Source of the DNA: Octopus vulgaris
Taxonomy: Eukaryota
NCBI GenBank assembly: GCA_951406725.2
Contig: OX597816.1
Span: 147,436,001 to 147,500,000 of the forward strand
DNA length: 64,000 nt
Reading direction: 5' to 3'
The notes beneath the pieces are model-generated. The model saw only the letters and a list, made by a program, of their open reading frames with translations, was not told the DNA's origin and made no database searches. Below, piece after piece: positions 14,276 through 28,688 of this stretch. A program made the position numbers and the translations under genes. Every line of letters begins with the position of its first letter. The first letter of the stretch is position 1.

Positions 14276-16985
14276 TACATATATATATATTTGTATATGT
14301 GTGTATATATATGAATGTGTATGTGTGCATGAATTTGTATACTAATGACCACTATATAAGTGGATTTGTATAAAACTATATCAAACGTTAAGAGTAAAAG
14401 CGTATAATATCAAAGATTATTCGCACATGACATTGCTATATTTTAATTTTTAATACGCAAGAAGACGACTTATTTTAGAAGAGGCCTGTAGTCACATACA
14501 ACGATACTCCGTACATAGGATGCACTTATTTTATTTCTACTAGATCAATGTCCTTTTGAGTTCCGAGTGTGCAAGGAATTAAGTAAACACCAGAAGGGTT
14601 TTATGCGATCTATCCCTTTATCTTAAGTATTGACATACGTATATTGATATTGACACACGTGTCATATTAGGTATAAGAATTTTCTTATGGTTGCATAAAA
14701 TACACGAAGCAATGATAAATGATATTAACATTTCGGAGAAACATAATATCTCAGATTTAACAGAGATAGCAACAAATATCCTTTAGCTCCTAAAAAACCT
14801 TGATGTACCTTTTAGTTCTTAAAATCAGCTTTTCCAGCTACCGTTCTCTCATGCTCATCAACCCACTAAAACCTAATCTATGCTAAAACAGCAGGCTGAT
14901 TTGCCCTCTTATCTATGGAAGGACACCAAGATATAGAATGATTGATCTCTAATAAGCAAATAAATATATTTGCTTCTTCTAATTATTTTTCGCTGTTATC
15001 TTTCAATCACCAAACCAATTCTTGTAGACTTCACAAGAATTAATACTTCAATCAAACCTATTACTGCCAATAATGCAGCACCCCAGAAAAGCTATGATCT
15101 TCTGTAACGATATTATCTGTATAAAAGTGGCAACATTGAACTCATTGATGTGAATATTATATAACATATTAGATAATACATCTACAATCCTTACACGAGA
15201 GGTTTTAACCGGCGGGTAAGACAAGATTTCTCCTTCGAATCTTCAAACCCCTGAAAATGTTTCAGAGAGACCTTACTTTCAAGTACAGTGTTTACAGAAC
15301 TTAGGAGGGCTGTAAAATGTTTGGATTTAGGTAATCCCAACAACAGAAGAATCCATTGAAGCAGCATGTTGGGTTTAAAATCTTACAATGAACCCTAAAA
15401 TTCATCCACATACTTTTAAATACATTAGCTTAGGACCCACAACAGATTTATCTAACAGGTGAGGCTTAGTTAGAATTTTCTTAAGGTCCAGTAGCCGAAC
15501 CCGATCAAAAGGTTCCTGTTTATTTAAGAATGATGAACAAAACACCAATGTTTCCGGAGGTGATTAATTCAAACACCAAAGAATTACTCGCAAATCCTTG
15601 TTGCAAATAATTTTATGTGGATTTATTGAAGAATTGTCTCTTACACACGTGGCAACAAATTATATTTCCTACACAATATATTCGCCACCCTATTAATATA
15701 GTACTATATTTCAAAAATATCTGTAGAGTGAATAACGTTACGATTTCTATTAAATATTTGAAAAGATAATGCTTTTACGTACATGGCATTTAATAAGCGA
15801 AAAATCGCTCATCTACATGATAACTGTTATGTCGCAATACTACACAGTGGCTGTGTGAGCTACGAAATCCTCGTCGCCCCTGTTATGTCGCACATCCGGA
15901 TGACTTCTACTCAACTCGACTCCTCTACTCTTTTCTCTTGCCGCTACTCTCTCGACATCTAGACTTCTCCCTCTATATCTACGTATTGGGCTAGTCTACT
16001 TAATCGTCTGGGGGTGTCCACACAACAATAACAAAAAATGAAAATGTGAAGTGTCAGTCCTCCACGCGTCTCAATCACACGGATTTAATTACTAGAATCT
16101 TTGCAGATCGCCCCGATGAGGACAATGCATACATATGAACGTAATCTATAAGATATGAGGTAGTTATACAATACAGCAGCAAATTTTACATGGGAACCAC
16201 TATTGACCCTGTGAAATAATGTATCTCTATGCATTGCCACTCTTTGAATCAGGGACATAAGCACTCTTGCTTCGTATATCCAGGAATTAGATGATCTTAA
16301 AATAAAATATGAACTGAAATAATAGTATATAGGTCTTCCAATCACCTACCTCAATAGCTGAATATATCCAGGAATTAGAAGATCATAAGATATAAGCTGA
16401 AATACTGTATACAGGGACAAGCAATAACTTACTGGGTTCGGGAATCCCTGTGGGTCATGTAGAATGGAAGAGCTGAAAATATATTGGCTAATAATAAACA
16501 CAATATATATCTAATAGTGAACACTTTCTTAAAAATAGAGCAAGGTAGAGCTATACTGCACAAATAGAAAGAATAGAACATTCCGACATAGCTGAATGGC
16601 GAGATACTTCAACTACGAGGGGCTACATTAGTAGACTCCCGGATTTGCGGCAGAGAGGATTCGTGGCCTCAGGTTCCTCATGACTGTCGTGCGCCTAATA
16701 GAATTTTGTAACGCCCTCTACACAAACACACCTGAATGAACACCCATACGAGGGACTCCCCTAATCTCATCTGTCTGAGTACATATTCCGTGAATGTGCT
16801 CGTGTCGAGTACCGGAGTACCGGATAATAGCATGCAAGATCGACATCTTCTTGGAGATCCAGTTTGTATACGACGACATTTTACTGCAGTTAAATGCGCT
16901 CACGGAGAAGAGTCACCCAGCATACAGAATATAGAAGTGAGTATTTGTGTACGTGTGTGTATATGGGTGAGTGTAGGTGTGTTCG

Positions 16986-17031
<46 letters not shown>

Positions 17032-17034
<3 letters not shown>

Positions 17035-17433
17035 TTTAGTCTTTTACTTGTTTCAGTCATTTGACTGCGGCCATGCTGGAGCACCGCCTTTAGTCGAGCA
17101 AATCGATCCCGGGACTTATTCTTTGTAAGCCCAGTACTTATCCTATCGGTCTCTTTTGCCGAACCGCTAAGTGACGGGGACGTAAACACATCAGCATCGG
17201 TTGTCAAGCAATGCTAGGGGGACAAACACAGACACGCAAACACACACACGCACATATATATACATATATACGACGGGCTTCTTTCAGTTTCCGTCTACCA
17301 AATCCACTCACAAGGCATTGGTCGGCCCGGGGCTATAGCAGAAGACACTTGCCCTAGATGCCACGCAGTGGGACTGAACCTGGAACCATGTGGTTGGTAG
17401 CAAGGTACTTACCACACAGCCACTCCTGCGCCT
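17032..17433 (-). mobile_element. Family B SINE, full length (~400 bp)
   Basis: Minus: aggcgcaggagTGGCTGTGTGGtaag...ggttcagtccc (A/B boxes), internal TA/TG tract, 3' ggcggtgctccagcatggccgcagtcaaatgactgaaacaag and a (taaaaga)-type tail; flanked by (TA)n. Confidence 0.9.
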
Positions 17434-17656
17434 ATATATATATATATATATAGTTAATCCAAACAAGAAAGCACAAAAAACACAACAACGCGAGTACGTG
17501 GAACAAATATAGTATTATTGGACGCTCAGGAAAGAAGGAATGAAGGAGGGTTCAACGTTTCGAGCGGAGCTCTTCGTCGGAAACATAGGAGAAGGAAAGA
17601 TCCAGAGAAGGGAAGACAGAGGAAAAAAATCGCCAACGGTACACACGAGGTCACAT
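17434..17656 (-). mobile_element. Penelope-like pLTR-type repeat carrying a minimal hammerhead
   Basis: Contains the 17550-17584 motif; shares blocks with 1755-1910; abuts (TA)n. Confidence 0.6.
17550..17584 (-). ncRNA. Putative minimal type I hammerhead ribozyme (variant core)
   Basis: Minus: gttt CCGACGA a GAGC tcc GCTC GAAA CG TT gaac; stem I gttt/gaac, stem II GAGC/GCTC, palindromic ACGT in place of stem III. Confidence 0.6.
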
Positions 17657-17949
17657 TTTGAAAGACCGGAAGGAAAAGGGTGAAGAAAGATGTTTTCAAA
17701 GACAGAAGAGTGGTATTGTCAAAGACAGCAGAATGGTAGAAGGGGAATGTGTGTGTAAGTGTGGATATGTACGTGCGCGGAGGTCTGCGTGTGCGTGTGT
17801 GTGTGTATGTGTGCAATGATGACACGTGTGTGTGTGTGTGCGTGTGTGTATGTGTATGTGGTTGTGGCTGTAAACAAAGGGCTAGTAGTAGGGCATACCT
17901 ATATTTATATGCGTTTGTATATATATGTATATGTGTTGTATATATAAAA

Positions 17950-20600
17950 ATACGGTAATTGTTGATTGTGTACGGCAAAATTTTAAAACAAGACGATATT
18001 AAACACCTTTCTAATATGAATGAACTCTGGAGAATTGTTAAAAATGTAAGATTTCATAAATTTCTTCCTAGGAAGAACGAACAACTTCAAGAACTGTATA
18101 CTATAACTAAAGAACTTTTGAAAACAGATGCAATTCTGGTTCATGCTAATAAAACAGGTACCCTTTATCATTTAAACTACTCAGTGTACCACTCACTTCT
18201 AAAGAAATAGATAATTAAAAACTATGAAATTACGGATTCCAAAAACCGAAACTACTAAACCTTAAAGCAAAAGAAATTATGCTAAGATATAATTTAGAAG
18301 ATAAAACAGAACTTTATGGAGCTAAAGAACCAAGAATTATTCTTAAGGACCATAAACTTAATTTTGATTACTGGGTGATGTCTTAGAGAAATCACATTAT
18401 AATTGGTGATACAGAATTGTATTGCAGCTTTATGATATGTATTTGCAACTAATTGACATGTGATAACGATTCACTCCCGAACTGAAATAAGCTCCCAGCC
18501 TCTGTATCATGAATGGTTATGTGAACCACCCCTAACGAAAGCCAGGGCTTTCTTCGAAAAAGTATTAGAAAAATTGTTATTTAGATATACTTTTATTTTA
18601 GTTGTTTACACTATTTTACGCTTATTTATACTCTTATCTATTCAAAATACACAAAATTCCTTATTGAAATTATGAATCATATTCCTTTCGATAATATCGA
18701 CATAATTATAAAACTTATTTGTAGACGATATTTTGTTTCGTCGAAGCTAATTTGCAAATTACTGGAGAATGGTGCTCTACTCGTAGAGAGGTATAACTGG
18801 ACATGTGTCTGGACGTATAACTGGAGTGGAGAAAAGTACACCTATACGATCTTAAGTCTGTCCCTGTGCCTGGTTTGCTGTGAAGGAGTGATCGGAATCT
18901 TTAGGGTTGCAAAAAATCAAACTAAAACGTACCTCTCACTGTTCTATGCGAATAATATCTGGATGTTTTGATACCACGGGTTATTTTTGATTGACAAAAC
19001 TGAGATGTAAACAACACCCACTCCAAATAGCCGTATCAAATCTTACTCGAGACTGACACACTTTAATAACCACTAAGTAATCACACACATTATATACTAA
19101 TACACACTTTTTCCATTTTATTTTCGCTATTAACCGTCCTCGTGACCAATTTCATATCTACGTTGGAGCCACGAATTATACGATAAAAATCCAGAGTTAG
19201 TTGTGGTCGATGAATTTTTAATAAAAATGTGAAGGTGATTTATCAATTCAAAAATTGATAGCCAAGAAATAATCATACTTTCTGATTTTTTAATGCTAAA
19301 AACCTTCCTGATATCCTTCTTCGTAAACCCTCTGGTCGTGAAAAGGGAACAAAGAGACGGACAGACGGACAGACGGATAGATGGACAGATAGACAGACAA
19401 ACAGAAGGACATAACGCCCATTATAGTAAGATAACGAAAGGAAAATTCGCAAGATTGTTGATAACCGGGTTAAAAATTCTCGTACTGCTAATGGAAATGA
19501 GAATGTAGTATTCTCTAATAAAATCTCAGATTTTCTTAATATATAATCGGATAAAAGATTTAAAGATAAGAATAAAAGTAAAATAAACAATAACTTTAAA
19601 ATGAATCGAAATAAGAGAACATTTACTCTTTCGGAAAACGGATACAAACATCAAAATTATGATCTTGACTCGTAGAATACTTTATGGTTAATCATTCCAT
19701 TTGGTAATCAGGTAACTACAATATTTCCAAATTGTTTAATGCAGCAATTCAAAAATATTTTCAAAAAACCACAAATATTAGGAAATTTCTAATCAACATA
19801 AGATTAGATTGGGTTATTGTCTTAGCCGTAATATTGCACAAATTATAGCAGCACATAATGTTAAAATAATATCGATATTTCAAAACAAAAAAGACGCGAT
19901 TACAATCAGAATAGCGTAATAAATTTGAAGCATAATAAACGTCAAACAGAATAAATAAAATCAATTAGACGGGAACGCTAAGAAATTAAATGACGTGGAA
20001 AGGGAAACAACCCAATTTAACAAATAATAACGTCAGATCGAATAAATTTTCAGCTAGAAAAAGAACAACGATAACGTTATCTTAAGGAGTAAAATTGTAA
20101 TGGAGAACTTGGTGGAAAGGAATTTAATTCTACAATGAATGATCAAATTGAAACAAAATCTGGAAATATAAAAGGTTATCTTCGGAATTGTTCTAAACGG
20201 GAATCCTGTTATATGGAAAATAAGTGCAAAACTAAGAATGTAATCTATAGATGTATAGTTACATCTGAGGATAAGGAATTCTTCTACATCGGTGGGAAAC
20301 TGACAAATCATTTGAATTCATTTAAAGGCAAAAGTAAAAAAAGTTCCATACGAGTCTTAACAAATTTATCAGTTCTTTTAAGAACAGCAACAAGGAAAAT
20401 ATACGATTAAATGGGAATTGATTCCTCCTGCAAAGCGATGCACATGTGAAACCAATGGATGTGGCCTACATTTAGAAGAATTTACAAGATTTTCACATCT
20501 AAGTGTAATGAAATAAATTCTAGAGAAGAGCAGGCATTGAGATGCTTGCACATAAGGAAATTCACATTTGCCAAGTATAAATGAATATTTATTATTTAAA
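17950..20600 (+). mobile_element. Penelope-like retroelement remnant (pre-RT region and GIY-YIG), interrupted by an insertion at ~18370-19433
   Basis: ILVHANKTGTLY...Y.SLL and PRIILKDHKLNF (the ADKT...KDHK.NF motifs that precede PLE RT); 20135-20410 CSKRESCYMENKCKTKNVIYRCIV...FYIG...HLNSFK (GIY-YIG). Confidence 0.8.
19100..19433 (-). mobile_element. Helitron/Helentron-like non-autonomous element, 5' part
   Basis: Minus strand begins atcttactataat followed by (GTCT)n/(GTCC)n, the usual layout of microsatellite-bearing rolling-circle derivatives; the other end was not located. Confidence 0.5.
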
Positions 20601-21098
20601 CTATACAAGGATTTGAAATGATGGAATGAAAATTATTATCAAATAGACATCGTTCGCGCCTGACTTCACGGACATCTCTACATTATACAACGCAGAGTTT
20701 ATAAAATAATATTATTAAACGGCCATACAGAGGGATATCAAGTGAAGAGACTGAATAGGCTGCACTGTTTTATAGTAGGGTTACAATTGAAACGATTACT
20801 AATTGGTGCAATTCAAAAAGATTTTGGTCTTAAAAGGCGGATATATTTGTAGAATTAAAGGTAATGTTGTTACTTTAAATATATATATATATATATATAT
20901 ATTAATAGATGTGTGTATTTTTCCCTCACGGAAAAAATTGATAAATAGATACCAGGGTAGCAAAATAAATCACACAAGTAAAAGGGTGTAACTCCTTGTT
21001 GCTAAAGGTAGAAACTCCGGGAATACGTGAAATATTTTGTATAATACATATAAATAAATAAATGGAGGTTAACGCAGGTGTTAATCAAATTCGTTTAC

Positions 21099-21183
21099 TT
21101 CCGACACATGTTTCGAAGATATCAGTGGTATTATTCCACAGGAATAAAATGGTGTATAATAATGTAATCTTCTCTTCAAGGAA
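21099..21183 (-). ncRNA. Putative type I hammerhead ribozyme with extended stem II
   Basis: Minus: ttcc TTGAAGA gaagat-(long loop/hairpin)-atcttc GAAAC atgt GTC ggaa; stem I ttcc/ggaa, GUC cleavage triplet, C3-to-U change in the core. Confidence 0.6.
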
Positions 21184-21601
21184 ATGAAGAAATGAAACTT
21201 GTCAATCTTTTAACAGAATAAGATGGATAAGTATAGTGATTAACTGGACGGTATTAACATTAAAAAAAACCTTTAGAGAATATAACGTGAAAGGTAGCCT
21301 GTAGAAAGAGGAAGGGGGAAGGAAAGAAAACAAATAAATTAGAAGTATATAACGATATGTAAATTAAATAAAACTCTAAAGTCTTGGAAAAGATATATCT
21401 AGTGAATGTGAAATGTAAGAAGAAAATTAATGTTTAAATTATATATAATGATAGATATTATGTGAACTAAAGGTGTGTTTCTGCCAATGATATGATTGTC
21501 AAATTTATCACTGGTATTATTCCAAAGGAATAATACCAGTGATATCTTCGAAAAATGTGTCGGAAGTAAAAGAATTTGAATAACAACTGCGTTTAACTCA
21601 A

Positions 21602-21678
<77 letters not shown>

Positions 21679-21737
21679 GGAATTTACAGAACAACAGAAA
21701 GGAATAGAAGGCATTTTTAAAAAAATTGATATATATA

Positions 21738-22875
<1,138 letters not shown>

Positions 22876-23699
22876 TTCCGTCTCTTTCCTTCCAGTTTGT
22901 TTTACAGTTTACTACAATGATGCGAAATTCTCTCCCTTTGCTTTGCCTTCCCCTCTCTCTTTCTCTCTCTGCCTCACCCTTCTCTCTAGCCTGTGTCTTC
23001 CTATATCTGTCTCTCTCTCTCTCTCTCTCCCACTCCTCCTCACTTTCGTCACTGCTAATCCTTTCGCCTGTTGCATTCAGGCCCTAAGGTCACGTTTCCC
23101 AGCGCTCGCCAGTTACCTTCTCGTCCCCGCCAGAACAAAGGCCTTCGTTCGTCTTTTTCGTTTGTTCTCTTGTTTATTTTGATTTCTCGTATTGTAATTT
23201 AATTCTCGTTTTGTATTTTCTTGTACATGTATCTTTAATTTTGTATTTTTTTCTTGTTTTTTTTGTGCAGTTCTTTGTTACGTCTGTTTTTGTGTTACAT
23301 TTTTTTCTTGCTCGTTTTACCCCTCTACGAGGTTATTTTATTTTAATTCTCTCGTAGGAAGGCCTAGCATGACAGACGTGTCCTGTCTTGCCTTCGAAAC
23401 ACGCTATGTCTGCTAGCGACAGCTGATGAAGGGGATTTTTCCTTGTGCAGCATGTCCTGTACTTCGTTTTTCTGCTGTACATAATTGTTTTTCCCGTTTT
23501 CGTTTCGTCTTGTCTCTGTCCTTCTGTTGTAACAAAATGGCGTCTCCGTTTTCGTTTCTGTTGATTTTTACGTCTTTTTGTGGTGTCCAGTACGTATATA
23601 TATTTATATATGCATGTATATATACATGTAGATGTCGGTACGTACATATATGTTTGTATGTATGCATATATTTTATTTATTACACTATATATATATATA

Positions 23700-24760
23700 T
23701 ACTAACTAGCTGCTTCTATGTGAGATCTAAATCATTTACATGCTTTAATCAAGCGGTCCTGGTTCATTACTCTGACTAGGGGCGTATTCATTGACCCCTC
23801 TCTCAACAACACTCCACATGTAGTAGACCAATGGATTGAGATCTGGGGAATAAGGAGGCCAAATGTTACGAGTTATGTCAGCTTTTCAACCATCTATTGA
23901 AGTGTTACTAGAGTCATATGTGACAGTGCAGAGTCTGACTGAAACACATATGGCTTGCATTGCATACACTGTCTATCCAGGGTTTAACAATTATTTCTAG
24001 GACCTCAACGTAGGCGGGAGAGATTAACTCTAATGCGTTGTGGAAAGAAGTAAGAAGGCATCAGATGTCCTTCCCTGCTGACAACCCCTAAAACATGACA
24101 GTTGCAGGAATGTATGTGTGCATAACACTTGGAACTTCAGAAGGGTCTGCACATAACTATCTATCATTTCTGCTGTTAACCTTTTGATTTTGGTCGAAGT
24201 CTTTCTCGTTTGATAAAAATCAAAGCAAATATACTTCTGCTGGATTTTTCAGTTTGTTTCAGAGCCATTTAGATCTGATGTAGTGATCTTTTACTTTTTC
24301 TGACAAATTTATCTTTCCTCATCATATAAGACTTATATCCGATGTCTTCGTGGACAACATTTTTTACTGTTCCTTCTGACACATGGAGATCTTTGCAACA
24401 AATCTCATGGACTTTCTGGGATTGTAGTAAATGATCTGTTGAATTTGTTGGATAAATTCAGGTGTTCTGATGACTGAGTGTTTAGAATACTTTTTATGCT
24501 TTGATACTGGCGATACGTTTATATCTTCAGTCTCCTTACAAACTTTGTAGACGAAACATCTGGCCAATTTTTTGAAATAGAGATATTTCTAAAGCACTAT
24601 GCCCAGCCTTTTTAACCACAATAACAGCATGCCTATTCATTTCTTCAGTAAGCTAAGGGTCTGTCATTATTAATTTCTGAAAGAAAGATTATTCAGAGTT
24701 ATCAAAATATGCAGCAATGACCCAAAATTGTATGTCCTCAAATACGTTTCGAATCCTGTA
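23700..24760 (-). pseudogene. Tc1/mariner-superfamily (maT/DD37D-like) transposase, decayed
   Basis: Minus motifs NPRKSMRFVAK, FLSNEKDF..NQKVNSRNDR, MFLGVVSREG, WPPYSPDLNPL.YYMW; ends in cctg|TA. Confidence 0.8.
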
Positions 24761-25300
24761 TATATGTATAGAGACGATGAGCGATGGCTAGAAGGATATT
24801 GAGCTTAATTTGATAACCAGCTGATCTAACAAGCGGGGCCTCATATCAGTGAGGGAGGCCGGTGCGCATTGATGCCGTCGAGAGGTAGGCCCCGAAATGG
24901 CGCACATTCTATCCTGATGACCCCACACACTTGCTGGCTTCTGGTATACGGAGCTTTTGACTGGTAGCACTTGCATGTACAAGTTGTTTGCAAGACATAT
25001 ATACGTATGTATATATATATATGTATGTATGTATATATGCACGCATGCATTTATACATAGACACACACATACACACACATATATACACGTTTTTGTGAGT
25101 GTGTTTGTGTGTGTGTTGAAGAATGTGTATGTGGAACAGTCTGCGGGACGTTGATGAATGGGAGTGGTTGGATGTTAACAACTGCTCTGTGGATGTTCGT
25201 ATCAATGCAACGTTTGTGTCCGAACAGAAAACAGACTGAATGACATTGTTACCATAAGCTTGACAATCATCTGAACAAAATGTACTTGATTATATTTGTG

Positions 25301-25335
<35 letters not shown>

Positions 25336-25540
25336 GGATGGATGGATTGATGGATGTATATATATGTGTGTGTGTGTGTTCAGAATCACTCCGGACGCTG
25401 AGAAGGAGAGAAAATAGTAATTCAGTGAAGGAGATGTAGTGAGAGTAATAGCCATGACAAAGGGAATGCGAGAAAGTAATATCACTGAGAGAAAGGAAAG
25501 AGTGATAGATGCAAAAAGAAGGAATGGGGGAAAAAAATCA

Positions 25541-25752
25541 GCGGCGAGTTGGCAGAAACGTTAGCATGTCAGGCGAAACGCTTAGCGGTATTTCGTCTGT
25601 CTTTACGTTCTGGGTTTAAATTCTGCCGAGGTCGACTTTGTTTTTCATCATTTCGGAGTCGATAAATTAAGTACCAGTTGCGTACTGGGGTCGATCTAAT
25701 CGAATGGCTTCCTACCCTAAAATTACGGGCCTTGTGCCTAGAATGGAAATGA
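25541..25752 (+). mobile_element. Family C SINE (monomer)
   Basis: ggcgagttggcagaaacgttagca...ttcaaattc-like B box...gaggtcgactttg..tttcatc.tttcgg.gtcgataaattaagtaccag; copies at 41997 and 48471. Confidence 0.85.
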
Positions 25753-28251
25753 AAAAATATTTTTTTTATATATAGCCTGGCATAAAAAGAAACATTGTGT
25801 GTGTGCATAAGTTTATCGTAGTATGTAGGTGCAGATTTTTGAAAGGGGTCGTAATCTTATATTCTTCTACTGGAGAAAGTAGAATTTCATTGCGTTAAAA
25901 AATTTTGAAGAGAATAATCTATTAGAGTTTTAACTAATTGAAATATTGCTTCCACATTAACTACCAATCTACAGATTGCTAATTAGTGAGATTATCTCCA
26001 TATATTTTCGGTGGGTATTTGATCTCGTGGTTTGCATCTTCAATCCAAATGCCGCTCTTTTTTCTGGGATCGATAAATGAAATAGAAGTAAGGGGCTAAA
26101 ATTATTAGAACATTGGACAGCATGCTTTCCTATTTGTTTTCCGTCTTTACTATATTGAAAATCTCATCTACATTCTCATTATAGTGTTGTACCTTTAACT
26201 GGCTACACCAAGAAAACTAACAATGGCGCCGATGTCAAAATTTTTGTGTCGTTATTGAAGAGGGGCGATTTAATAGTAGAAATTGCTCAAAAGTTCATGA
26301 TGATAAATATTTTGATCATAGGATGAAGACAGAAGTGTTGGCTACAGCGTCGATGCCGACGACGACGACGACGATGACGATGAGAATGATCTTGCTATAA
26401 TGCAGAAACATAGATTTATATATCAGCTGAAATATGTATGGCTGTAAACAAACGTTATCTCAATTATTTCTCTGTTATTGGATATTAAATTGGTCAAATA
26501 TCTTTGGGACGACTATACAATTGACCTCTTGAATCTGTCTCTTGAAATATAATTATCTTTTATATGTAATTTAGTGAAAATAGTGAATGAAAATTAGTTC
26601 ATAAATCTGCTGTCTAAATATATAATCTTTGATAGCGCCACTGTTTAAATTAATTTGCTTTTCTAGATCGAAGTATTGTTTAAGCAAAATACCGTGTTAT
26701 TATATTTATTAAACTAAGAATCCAAAGTAGTTTGCTGTGTTCTCAATTTTCATTCAATGTTGATGCTTGAATATTTTTGTAGTTCATTCTTCTCTTTACG
26801 TTTGTTTATTATATTTCCATGAAACACATTTTGCAATTACTTCTAATTTTATTTCCTGTTTCTCTTCTGGTCGCTAAATTTTCAGATCATTAAAATTTCC
26901 TGTTGTTTTACACTTTGACAAAGCATTTCATTTAAAGTGCTCGTATATTAAGTCTCATTCCATCATAACTGAATGATCGATACAGATACACCTTCCCTCA
27001 CCACATACACACACTCAAATATTATTTTCCAACGGTTAAAACCGTGACTGAGATAGACCAACTAAAAATGTAAATAGCCCAATATTACACAGAGGACTGC
27101 ACTCTTAATGTATATATATATATATATACATAAATGCATACGTATAGATATACATACGCGCGAGCACACACACGCATGCACACATATTCAAACACACACA
27201 AGAGAAACTAGCATTGGAAAAAATGAAGACGGAAATCGAACTCCTTAAACGTAGAGCGTTAAGCAATGGACAAATATTTAAATATATAGATGAAGAAATA
27301 TATACCAAATTAAGGAAACATTCAGATGGTCAAGTTTGGAGAATGTTTTTGAACTATGGAAAACAACATGTGAAACTGAAGAAACCAATTCCCTGCAACG
27401 CTGGGAAAGACGAACTAATTTTTGTCCTAAACTACGAAACACAGTTCAACATAGGAAACATAGATATCGGATAACCCCTTCCTGAAGAAAAAGAAACCAA
27501 AACCCCACGCAGAATGGACCTCACATTTATCGACCTCAAACCATAGACAACCTAGGGAACACAAATCCATCGAACTAATCTCACTTCTACTCCAAAATTA
27601 CTTCCAAACAACAAATAGAAATTCCGTTCGTAATAGAAAATCCGGATGTAATCTTCAAGGCGCCCTACAAATCAAAAGACCCATCCAAGCTACGAGACTA
27701 ACCTAAACTTTCGGGAGCAACTACCTACCAATCTACCCCATCATCTCACAGACAATGGGAAAAATTACCTCCGAGACTAATACTTCAAACATTCGACTAC
27801 ACACAACCTAACTAGACAACATAACTTCTCTCTCCCCCACATTACAAAATTTTAAATAAATCTAACCCAAAACCCCAGTACAACCATAGCCTGTAGCTCA
27901 GCATATCGGAATGTTGCTACCTATGCAAGATGCTCCAAATGACTTGCTATTATCAATTCCGAATCTTGAGGGATGCAATTTACTTGTTTCTTTTTCAGCT
28001 CATTTCAATGCAATGCTAACTTGAGACTAAGCATATGCACAGATACGTAATGTGCATATATGCCTATTATAGAGTAGTCACTTACTCCCTGGAATTCATC
28101 CGGTCGTTAAAATATCTTAATTTCATATTGCAAGCTCCTAGTTATGCAACTTTGGTGAGGTTGGTTTAATATTCGATAACCCAACAAGGAAACAGGTTGT
28201 AATGGAGGACATGTTTAAAGCAGCACTCTCAAGCGTTTGTGATATTGATAT

Positions 28252-28411
28252 ACAGGAGTGACTGTATGATAAGTAGCTTGCTTACCAACCACATGGTTCT
28301 GGATTCAGTCCGATTGCGCGGCAACTTGGGCAAGTGTCTTCCTCTATAGCTTCGGGCCGACCAAATCTTTGTGAGTGGATTTGGTAGACGGAAACTGAAA
28401 GAAGTCCATCG

Positions 28412-28456
<45 letters not shown>

Positions 28457-28688
28457 ATGTGTGTATGTGCTTGTGTGTGAGTGTGTGTCTGTGTTCGTCC
28501 AACCAACATCGTTTGACAACTGATACTTGTGCGTTTACGTCCCCGTAACCTAGCGGTTCGGAAAAAGCGATCGATAGAATAAGTACTAGGCTTACAAAGA
28601 AAAAGTCCTGGGGTTGATTTACTTAACTAAAGGTGGTGCTCCAGCATGGCAGTAATCAAATGAATGAAACAAATAAAAGAACAAAAGT
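28252..28688 (+). mobile_element. Family B SINE, near full length
   Basis: Colinear with the 17032-17433 copy from head to ggtgctccagcatggc...gaaacaaataaaaga tail. Confidence 0.88.

Noticed and set aside
24830-24930. HDV-like ribozyme (ggggcct...aggcccc stem)
   Set aside because: L3, P1.1 and J4/2 consensus residues cannot be placed on either strand.
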